From positions 2,912,001-2,976,000 of the forward strand of contig CP051526.1 of NCBI GenBank assembly GCA_050916045.1: a stretch of DNA of 64,000 nt, read 5' to 3'. Below the pieces are notes generated by a model. It made no database searches and was not told where the DNA came from. It saw only the letters and a list, made by a program, of their open reading frames with translations. The translations under genes were made by a program, and so were the position numbers. The stretch comes from Tepidisphaera sp. GTDB taxonomy: Bacteria; Planctomycetota; Phycisphaerae; Phycisphaerales; UBA1924. Positions 56,389 to 64,000 of this stretch are shown piece after piece (the stretch's first letter is position 1; each line of letters begins with the position of its first letter).

Positions 56389-59300
56389 ATGCGCACGTCG
56401 GTCCTCGTTCCCGCTCGTTTCAATCTGTCCCTGATGTTGCTGGCCGGGCTCGCGATTGCACCCGCGGCCGCCACGGCCCAGGACGTGCCGATCACCCAGG
56501 GCTACTACCGCCAGCCGGCCCTCCACCGCGACACGGTGGTCTTCATCGCGGAGGGCGACCTGTGGAAAGTACCGGCTTCTGGCGGCGCGGCGACTCGCTT
56601 GACCACCCATTTGGGTGATGAGTTCGCCCCGCAGATCTCCCCCGACGGCAAGTGGCTCGCGTTCTGCGCTGAGTACGAAGGGCCGGCCGAGGTGTACGTG
56701 ATGCCGATGGAGGGCGGGATGCCAGCGCGGCTCACCTTTGAGGGTGCGGGCCGGGTGAGCACCCGGGGCTGGACAGCCGACGGCAAGGTCATCTACTCGA
56801 CCGACCGGTTCTCGACGCTGCCCAACTCTCAGCTTGCGACGATCGACCCGGCGACCCGGACCAGGACGATGGTCCCGCTCGCGCAGGCGTTCGATGGCGC
56901 GTTCGGCGAGGGCGGCAGGCTCTTCTTCGTGCGCATCCCCTTCAACGGAAGCCACACCAAGAGGTACAAGGGCGGCACCATCGAACAGGTCTGGTCGTGG
57001 TCCGGCAAGGATGGGGAGGAAGCCATCAACCTCACCGGCGACTTCGAGGGTACCTCGCGCCGCCCGATGCTCTGGAACGGCCGCGTCCACTTCGCGTCCG
57101 ACCGCGACGGGTACATGAACATCTGGTCCGTCACGCCCGACGGCAAGGACCTCAAGCAGCACTCGAAGAACACGAACTTCGACATGGCGGGCACGAACAT
57201 CGACGCCGCAGGCAGCGGGCGCATCGTCTACCAGCTCGGTCCGGACCTGCGGCTCCACGACCTCGCCGCCAACACCGACACCACGATCAACATCACGCTC
57301 CCGAGCGACTTCGACCAGCTCCGCGAGAAGTGGATCACCAAGCCCGTCGACTGGGTGACGGCGGCTTCCCTCTCGCCCGACGGCGACCGCGTGGTCTTGA
57401 CCGCTCGCGGCGAGATCGTCGTCGCCCCCGCTCGTCAGGGCCGCTTGGTGGAAGCGACGCGCAAGCCCGGCGTCCGCTACCGCAACGCGACCTTCAGCAG
57501 CGACGGCTTGTCCGTGATCGCCCTCTCCGATCAGTCCGGCGAGGTCGAGGTGTGGAAGCTCCCCGCCAACGGGATCGGCGAAGCCGAGCAGCTGACGACC
57601 GGGGCTGACGTGCTCCGCTGGTCGGCGCAGATGAGCCCCGACGGCAAGTCGATCGCGCACAACGACAAGAACCACAAGCTCTGGATCTACGACGTCGCGA
57701 CCAAGCAGAGCGTGCTCGTCGAGCAGAACCTCGTCGACCAGATCGAATCGTTCACGTGGTCGAAGGACGGCCGCTGGCTGGCGTACGTCGCGGCCGCGAA
57801 CAACGCTTTCCCGCAGATCAAGATCTACTCGCTGGATTCCAAGACTTCGACGGTGGTGACGACCGACCGGTTCGCGAGCTATTCGCCCGCGTGGAGCCCG
57901 GACGGCAACTGGCTTTACTTCCTGTCGGACCGCGAGCTTGAGACTCTGGTGCCAAGCCCGTGGGGCCAGAACCAGCCGGACCCGTTCCTGGACAAGACGA
58001 CGAAGATCTTCGCGGTCGCGCTCAAGCCGGGCGTGCGCTGGCCGTACCTGCCGAAGGATGAGCTCGAAGCCGCCAAGGACAAGAAGAAGGACGAAAAGAA
58101 AGAAGAGAAGAAGGAAGAACCCAAGAAGGAAGAGAAGCACGCCGACGCGAAAGCCGAAGCCAAACCCGACCAGCCGAAGACGGACGAAGCTAAAAAGGAC
58201 GAGCCCAAGAAGGACGAGCCGAAGAAAGACGAGGCAAAGAAGGACGAACCCAAAAAGGTCGAGATCGTCCTCGAAGGCATCCGCGAGCGCCTCTACGAGG
58301 TCCCCGTCGCCAAGGGCAATTACGGCAACCTGAACGTCACGGACAAAGCTCTCTTCTTCACGTCGCGCGACACCGACCCCTCCTCGCCGACGAACCTGCA
58401 GAGCTTCCCGATCACCAACGACAGCCCCGAGCAGAAGACCGTCGTCGACGCGATCAACGGGTACCAGTTCTCGCAGGACGGCAAGAAGATCCTCGTCCGC
58501 AAGGGCGACACCTACTCGATCATCGACGCCAACCCCGGCAAAGCCGACCTCGAGAAGAAGAACGTCGACCTTTCCGGCTGGCGTCTGAGTTTGCCCCCGC
58601 GTGAAGAGTTCCGCCAGATGTACACCGAGTCGTGGCGTCTCCTCCGCGACTACTTCTACGACCCCGGGATGCACGGCGTGAACTGGAAAGCCATGCACGA
58701 CAAGTACCTGCCGTGGGTCGAGCGTGTCCGGGCCCGGGCCGAGCTTTCCGACATCATGACGCACCTGACGGGCGAGCTTTCGGCCCTGCACCACTTCGTT
58801 CGCGACGGCGACACGCGCGAGGGGACTGATCAGATCCCGCTCTCCTCCCTCGGCTGCGTGCTCACACGCGATGATGCGAAGGGCGGGTACGTCATCTCCG
58901 ACATCTACGAGAACGATCCGGACGAGCCGAGCATGACCGCTCCCATCGCCCGCCCGCATGTCGCCGGCAAGGAAGGCGACGTCATCGAGATGATCGACGG
59001 CGTGCCGGTGCTGACCGTGCAGGATCCGGCGGCTCTGCTTCGGGCCAAAGCCGGCAGGCAGGTCCTCATCCGGATCAAGCCCGCGGCCGGGGGAGACTCA
59101 CGCGATGCGATCGTGACGCCGATCTCTCTCGGCGCCGAGAGCGACCTGCGGTACCACAGCTGGGAGTACACCCGCCGCCTCAAGGTCGAGGAATGGAGCA
59201 AGAACCAGATCGGCTACCTGCACCTGCGAGCGATGGGCGGGAGCGATTTCACGAACTTCGTCAAGGGGTACTACCCCGTCTTTGACCGCCAGGGCCTCAT

Positions 59301-59820
59301 CATCGACGTCCGCAACAACCGCGGCGGCAACATCGACAGCTGGATCCTGTCCAAGCTCATGCGCAAAGCGTGGATGACCTGGAGCCAGCGCGTCGGCCAG
59401 GCCCCCAACTGGAACATGCAGTACGCGTTCCGAGGGCACATGATCCTGCTCTGCAACGAGCGGACGGCCAGCGACGGCGAAGCGATCGCCGACGGCTTCC
59501 GCCGCTTGGGCCTGGGCAAGGTCCTGGGCACGCGGACGTGGGGCGGAGAGATCTGGCTCACGTCGAGCAACACGCTGGTGGATCGCGGGATCGCGACCGC
59601 GGGTGAGTTCGGCGTCTGGGGCCCCGAGGGCACGTGGCTGATCGAGGGCCGCGGCGTCGAGCCCGACATTATCGTCGACAACCCGCCGCACGCGACGTTC
59701 AAGGGCGAGGATGCGCAGCTCCGTGCCGCGGTCGACTATCTCCAGAAGCTCATCGCCGAGAAACCGATCCCGCCGGTCGAGCGTCCGGCGTACCCGGACA
59801 AGAGCTTCAAGAACAAGTAG
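56389..59820 (+). CDS. tricorn protease homolog (S41 family)
   Basis: Signal peptide, PD40 propellers, PDZ, IDVRNNRGG, TASDGE, GTRTWGG, IEGRGVEPD; internal (DEPKK)n low-complexity tract. Confidence 0.93.
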   Translation: MRTSVLVPARFNLSLMLLAGLAIAPAAATAQDVPITQGYYRQPALHRDTVVFIAEGDLWKVPASGGAATRLTTHLGDEFAPQISPDGKWLAFCAEYEGPAEVYVMPMEGGMPARLTFEGAGRVSTRGWTADGKVIYSTDRFSTLPNSQLATIDPATRTRTMVPLAQAFDGAFGEGGRLFFVRIPFNGSHTKRYKGGTIEQVWSWSGKDGEEAINLTGDFEGTSRRPMLWNGRVHFASDRDGYMNIWSVTPDGKDLKQHSKNTNFDMAGTNIDAAGSGRIVYQLGPDLRLHDLAANTDTTINITLPSDFDQLREKWITKPVDWVTAASLSPDGDRVVLTARGEIVVAPARQGRLVEATRKPGVRYRNATFSSDGLSVIALSDQSGEVEVWKLPANGIGEAEQLTTGADVLRWSAQMSPDGKSIAHNDKNHKLWIYDVATKQSVLVEQNLVDQIESFTWSKDGRWLAYVAAANNAFPQIKIYSLDSKTSTVVTTDRFASYSPAWSPDGNWLYFLSDRELETLVPSPWGQNQPDPFLDKTTKIFAVALKPGVRWPYLPKDELEAAKDKKKDEKKEEKKEEPKKEEKHADAKAEAKPDQPKTDEAKKDEPKKDEPKKDEAKKDEPKKVEIVLEGIRERLYEVPVAKGNYGNLNVTDKALFFTSRDTDPSSPTNLQSFPITNDSPEQKTVVDAINGYQFSQDGKKILVRKGDTYSIIDANPGKADLEKKNVDLSGWRLSLPPREEFRQMYTESWRLLRDYFYDPGMHGVNWKAMHDKYLPWVERVRARAELSDIMTHLTGELSALHHFVRDGDTREGTDQIPLSSLGCVLTRDDAKGGYVISDIYENDPDEPSMTAPIARPHVAGKEGDVIEMIDGVPVLTVQDPAALLRAKAGRQVLIRIKPAAGGDSRDAIVTPISLGAESDLRYHSWEYTRRLKVEEWSKNQIGYLHLRAMGGSDFTNFVKGYYPVFDRQGLIIDVRNNRGGNIDSWILSKLMRKAWMTWSQRVGQAPNWNMQYAFRGHMILLCNERTASDGEAIADGFRRLGLGKVLGTRTWGGEIWLTSSNTLVDRGIATAGEFGVWGPEGTWLIEGRGVEPDIIVDNPPHATFKGEDAQLRAAVDYLQKLIAEKPIPPVERPAYPDKSFKNK

Positions 59821-59851
59821 CCGCCCGCGCGGCCGTCAGGAAGGAACTCCG

Positions 59852-60982
59852 ATGTCAATCCTGCGCCTCAGCGCCGACCGGGACGAGATGTACGCGCCCG
59901 ACTCTGACGGTACGTTCATCGCCGGCCCCTACGACCCCAAACGCCACGTCGGCGCGCTCGGCGAGTCCCCATCCAAAGGGGGCGTCTACACCATGAAGCC
60001 CCCGGCCGGACTCGCCAAGCACCTCCAAGCCGTGCTGCCCGGCAAGATCTCGGCCCTCCCTGCGAGCAAGCCCGTGGTCATCATGGTCCATGGGTTCCTC
60101 TTCAACCCCTTCGAGGCGCTCCTCACCAAGCGCTCAGAGTGCGACAACCCGCACTTCAGGGTCTTCCATTTCGACGATGTGGACCCGATCGAGGACAACG
60201 AGTGCCACTTCACCCCCTGGCCGAAGCGACTGGGGTTCCTGGGCCAGGACCAAGGCGCGGACGGGCTCGCCGTGGGGTTCGGCTGGCTTTCGAACCCCGG
60301 GTTCGCGAAGTCGATGCTGGACGGCTTCAAAAACTTCTACTCGCGTGCTTACGACTACGCGACGGAGGTCGCGTGGCTCCTGGTGCACACGATCGACCAG
60401 TTGCACACCGCGCTCGCGGCCGAGGGCAAAGGACGCAAGATCGACCTCTTCTGCCACTCGCTGGGGTCGCGGGTCGTGATCCACGCGATCAAGCTCGCCG
60501 CCCGCCGCAACATGGAGCACGTCCTCAAGCAGCTCGACCGGGTCATCATCCTCGGCGGCGCCGAGTATGTCCGCGACGCGCAGGAGATGTTCCACGAGGT
60601 GCTGAGGCTCTGCCCCAAGCCCGCGGACGGACCCCGGTTCTACAACGTCGGCTGCCGCGAGAATGACGTGCTCGATCTCCTGGGCGAGAACTTCGGCCCC
60701 CGCGGGTTCGGCATGCACGATGTGGTCGGCCACGACGGCCTTGGCTTCTCCGAAACCGGCAACCGCTGGATCGATCTGCAGATCGACAGCCCCAAGCTCG
60801 CGGACTGGGCCAAGAAGAAGTTCAAGTGGACCCTCATGGGCGATGGGCCCCGCGTGTGGGATCACTGGTACTACTACACGCACGAGCCGAACTGTCGCCT
60901 CTACAAAGCAGTCCTGCGGCAGCGGGCCGCGTGGGACATCAAAGCTCTGATCGATGCCGGGATCCCCACCGGTATCCAATAA
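59852..60982 (+). CDS. alpha/beta hydrolase (DUF900-like)
   Basis: IMVHGF, CHSLGSRV nucleophile elbow, ENDVLD, WDHWYYY. Confidence 0.75.
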   Translation: MSILRLSADRDEMYAPDSDGTFIAGPYDPKRHVGALGESPSKGGVYTMKPPAGLAKHLQAVLPGKISALPASKPVVIMVHGFLFNPFEALLTKRSECDNPHFRVFHFDDVDPIEDNECHFTPWPKRLGFLGQDQGADGLAVGFGWLSNPGFAKSMLDGFKNFYSRAYDYATEVAWLLVHTIDQLHTALAAEGKGRKIDLFCHSLGSRVVIHAIKLAARRNMEHVLKQLDRVIILGGAEYVRDAQEMFHEVLRLCPKPADGPRFYNVGCRENDVLDLLGENFGPRGFGMHDVVGHDGLGFSETGNRWIDLQIDSPKLADWAKKKFKWTLMGDGPRVWDHWYYYTHEPNCRLYKAVLRQRAAWDIKALIDAGIPTGIQ

Positions 60983-61114
60983 CGTCTGGAACGCGTTTCA
61001 TTTTGCGGGCGAAATCACGGTTTGGTTCTTTTCGCGGATCTGGTCGCATCTGGCGCTCGTTCCTACAGTTGCGGGTCCCCCACTTTCACGGGCGGGCCAT
61101 GGAAACCGCAGCAC

Positions 61115-62299
61115 ATGACGACCATCGCCAAAGACATGCACGGGGCCGGCTCTTTCAGCCATCCCGAGAACACTTCCCGCCCGAAGAACGCCCCGCGCCA
61201 GAGCGATTCGCTCCCCGACGCGACCTTGGTGAAGTGGCTCCGCGACATGATGCTCATCCGCGAGTTCGAGATGCGGTGCGCCCAGTCGTACCAGCAGGCC
61301 AAGATCGGCGGTTTCTGCCACCTCTACACGGGGCAGGAAGCCGTCGCCGTCGGCACCATCAACTCCCTCAACCACGATGACCCGATCGTCACTGCCTACC
61401 GCGACCACGGCCACGCTCTCGCCCGCGGCATGAGCCCCGAAGCGTGCATGGCCGAGATGTACGGCAAGATCACCGGCTGCGCCAAGGGCAAGGGCGGCTC
61501 GATGCACATGTTCGATCGCCCCAACTGGCTCTTCGGCGGCCACGGCATCGTCGGCGCCCAGACCCCACTGGGCACGGGCCTCGCGTTCGCCGCCCGCTAC
61601 GAGTGGGAAGTCCTCGGCACCAGCGTCGACGGCGGCCCGGCGAAGAAGAAGGTCGCTCTGGCGTTCCTCGGCGACGGTGCGCTCAACCAGGGTGCACTCC
61701 ACGAAGCGATGAACCTCGCTGGCCTCTACGACATCCCCGTCATTTACGTCGTCGAGAACAACGGCTACTCCATGGGCACCGCCATTGAACGCGGCACCAC
61801 CATGGCCCACGACCTTCGAGCCAAAGCGGCCGCGTACGGCATGCGCGGCGAGATCATCGACGGCTTCAGCGTCATCGACCTCTACGACCACTTCAAGGAA
61901 GTCGTCGACTACTGCCGCAATGAGCAGAAGCCCGCGTTCGTCGACCTCAAGACCTACCGCTACCTCGGCCACTCGATGTCCGACCCCCAGAAGTACCGCA
62001 CCAAGGAAGAGGTCGAAGCCTTCAAGCAGAAGGACTCGATCGACCACCTCGCCGCGTACCTCATGAACGCCGACACCCCCCGCGCCAAGAAGAAGGGCGG
62101 CCCCGTCCTCACCGAAGCCGAGTACCAGGCGATCCAGGCCGAGGTGAACGAAGCCGTCAAGCGCGGCGTCGACCACGCCGAAGCCGCCGAGGTCCCCGAC
62201 CCGGCCACCGAGCTTTACGCCGACGTCTTCCTCAACCCCCAGCCGAACCTCTCCCCCACCGCGGACTACGTCCACGGCGTGCGGAACCCGATGATCTGA
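61115..62299 (+). CDS. pdhA: pyruvate dehydrogenase E1 alpha subunit
   Basis: GGFCHLYTGQEA, GKGGSMH, GDGALNQG, TYRYLGHSMSDP. Confidence 0.95.
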   Translation: MTTIAKDMHGAGSFSHPENTSRPKNAPRQSDSLPDATLVKWLRDMMLIREFEMRCAQSYQQAKIGGFCHLYTGQEAVAVGTINSLNHDDPIVTAYRDHGHALARGMSPEACMAEMYGKITGCAKGKGGSMHMFDRPNWLFGGHGIVGAQTPLGTGLAFAARYEWEVLGTSVDGGPAKKKVALAFLGDGALNQGALHEAMNLAGLYDIPVIYVVENNGYSMGTAIERGTTMAHDLRAKAAAYGMRGEIIDGFSVIDLYDHFKEVVDYCRNEQKPAFVDLKTYRYLGHSMSDPQKYRTKEEVEAFKQKDSIDHLAAYLMNADTPRAKKKGGPVLTEAEYQAIQAEVNEAVKRGVDHAEAAEVPDPATELYADVFLNPQPNLSPTADYVHGVRNPMI

Positions 62300-62563
62300 A
62301 CTTGGGCGGTCGATGGCTGTCGCTAAACCGACACTATCACCCATTTAGGGTGAAGCTATTCCTCTGGTCGAACATGTTGGGACGTCCGGCCCGACCGGAC
62401 GTCTCCGAACATGAAGTTTGTCTTCGGAATCTGGTTGCGGGACGGTGGCCATCTGGTATGCTGAGGTACCTGGGAAACTTCCCGGGAGTTCCCGTTGGCC
62501 GATTGGCCCGCGGTGGTCGTTGTTGGTCGTGTGTCCATTGAAGACGTGACAGGAAGGAAGCCC

Positions 62564-63895
62564 ATGCAAAGAGTTTCAGTGATGTGTTCCGCGGCTGCGA
62601 TGGTGGCTGCGGTTGGCCTTTCCTCGGCGATGGCGGTCGGTCCCGACGTGATCGTCGGCGATCTTCACCAGGTCCAGCGTTGGGGCACGGCCAACGGCCA
62701 GCAGGCCTACTCGGTGGGCACCGTCTCCTGCAACATCGGTGACGTGAACCTCCGCTGGATTTCCAGCACGAACCAGCACCCGGTCATCGGCCAGAACCTC
62801 TTCCGCTACAAGGACGGCCGTTTCGAGCAGCTGGGTCAGAGCTGGCTGAAACACGGCTTCTTCGCGCTCTCTGAGAGCCTCTGCTCGCGGTGCAACCCGA
62901 CGGACGGCTCGTCGCTTGGCGTGGGCTGCTCGGACCCATACTCGTCGAGCCTCAACGGCTCGCAGGGCAGCCTCGGGCCGCGTTATCAGGTCAACGCGTT
63001 CACGGGCCACTTCCCGTACCCGGTGACTGGCGTTCCGAACGCGACCGGCCAGATGCGCCGCCTGCTCGTGAACAACGCGGACGTTGATCCGGCGCTGAAC
63101 GGCGGCGCCCGGTATTTCGTCGAAGGTCAGTACGTGACGCCGGATGATGCGGCGGCCGGCAACGGCGGCAACAACGCTTCGTACCGCGAGGTCCGGTTCA
63201 CCGGCAGCGGCTCCAACTTCCCCATCAGCTTCGTCTCCGGTCAGACGACCCGCCGCATGCAGAACGGCCTGCGTGCGTGGAAGATCTGCGATCCGGACGT
63301 GACGATCCGCGAGGTCCGCGTTCCGGACGAGGGCACGTTCTGGGTCGGCTTCCGCGTGACGCAGTCCAACGGCCTGTACACCTACGAGTACGCGATCCAG
63401 AACCTCAACTCCGACCGCTCGGGCGGCGCCGTCCGCATGGACATCCCCGGCTGCGACCACGTGTCGAACCAGGGCTGGAAGGGCGTGGATTACCACTCCG
63501 GCGAGATCTGGTCCAACGCGGCGTGGATCACCGAGAAGGTCGGCAACCAGCTCGTCTGGCGCAGCCCGCAGACCTACGCCGAGAACACCAACACCAACGC
63601 GCTCCGCTGGGGCACGCTCTACAACTTCCGGTTCCAGAGCACGCTCCCCCCGCGTGAGGGCAACGTGACGCTCGACCTCTTCAAGCCCGGCACGATCGGC
63701 AGCGTCTCCTTCCTCGGCCTGGTCCCCCGCGCCAAAGCCGACTTCAACAACGACGGCGTGGTCGACTTCTTCGACTACGACGCGTACGTCGAAGCGTTCG
63801 AGTCCGGCGGCTCGGGCACGGACACCAACGGCGACGGCTTCGTCGACTTCTTCGACTACAACGACTTCGTCCAGGTCTACGAACTCGGCTGCTGA
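62564..63895 (+). CDS. secreted GC-type dockerin-anchored protein
   Basis: Signal peptide, GPDVIVG, SCNIG, HPVIGQN, SWLKHGF, NALRWGTLYNFRF, dockerin..LGC tail. Confidence 0.88.
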   Translation: MQRVSVMCSAAAMVAAVGLSSAMAVGPDVIVGDLHQVQRWGTANGQQAYSVGTVSCNIGDVNLRWISSTNQHPVIGQNLFRYKDGRFEQLGQSWLKHGFFALSESLCSRCNPTDGSSLGVGCSDPYSSSLNGSQGSLGPRYQVNAFTGHFPYPVTGVPNATGQMRRLLVNNADVDPALNGGARYFVEGQYVTPDDAAAGNGGNNASYREVRFTGSGSNFPISFVSGQTTRRMQNGLRAWKICDPDVTIREVRVPDEGTFWVGFRVTQSNGLYTYEYAIQNLNSDRSGGAVRMDIPGCDHVSNQGWKGVDYHSGEIWSNAAWITEKVGNQLVWRSPQTYAENTNTNALRWGTLYNFRFQSTLPPREGNVTLDLFKPGTIGSVSFLGLVPRAKADFNNDGVVDFFDYDAYVEAFESGGSGTDTNGDGFVDFFDYNDFVQVYELGC

Positions 63896-63919
63896 TCCGG
63901 GTTGATTCGAAGTTTCTTC

Positions 63920-63955
63920 GCGAGGGCCCCTTCACCGGGGCCCTCGCTCGTTTTT
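63920..63955 (+). terminator. rho-independent terminator
   Basis: GCGAGGGCCCC/GGGGCCCTCGC stem followed by TTTTT. Confidence 0.75.
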
Positions 63956-64000
63956 GCCCCGGCGGCCCGACCCCTGCTCAGACCCTTCACGCTCTCGCAA

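Noticed and set aside
58070..58260. Lys/Glu-rich repeat in tricorn (and PAES repeats at about 39725-39785) as DNA repeat elements
   Set aside because: Degenerate in-frame low-complexity linkers.

Overview
High-GC bacterial chromosome segment, most likely a planctomycete of the Phycisphaerales. This call is inferred from five proteins with C-terminal 'DFNxDGFVDFFDYDDF...GC' (GC-type dockerin) tails, a TIGR02999-type ECF sigma/kinase pair, a prepilin-like protein and a bacterial top6A. Housekeeping genes are rpsO, pnp, sahR-like/ahcY/metF, scpB, xerC, top6A, infC and pdhA. They are interleaved with secreted and envelope proteins, a putative sulfur-relay operon, an AAA+/VWA pair and a tricorn protease. 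No rRNA, tRNA, CRISPR array, transposase or prophage was recognised. The most notable observations are: (1) a ubiquitin/MoaD-like protein ending in -LAGG co-oriented with a 1676-aa HEAT/DUF4132-like protein, separated by a 13-bp tandem repeat built from the Ala-Gly-Gly-stop codons; (2) a 2.15-kb unit (csp plus a 5'-truncated surface-protein gene) bounded by identical 24-bp palindromic direct repeats, which leaves two diverged csp copies in an attL/attR-like layout; (3) an OPT transporter frameshifted in a G8 tract; (4) strong local C/G strand-bias switches independent of gene orientation; (5) a chromosome-segregation plus Tol-like gene neighbourhood. All family assignments come from motif recognition by eye, not database searches.
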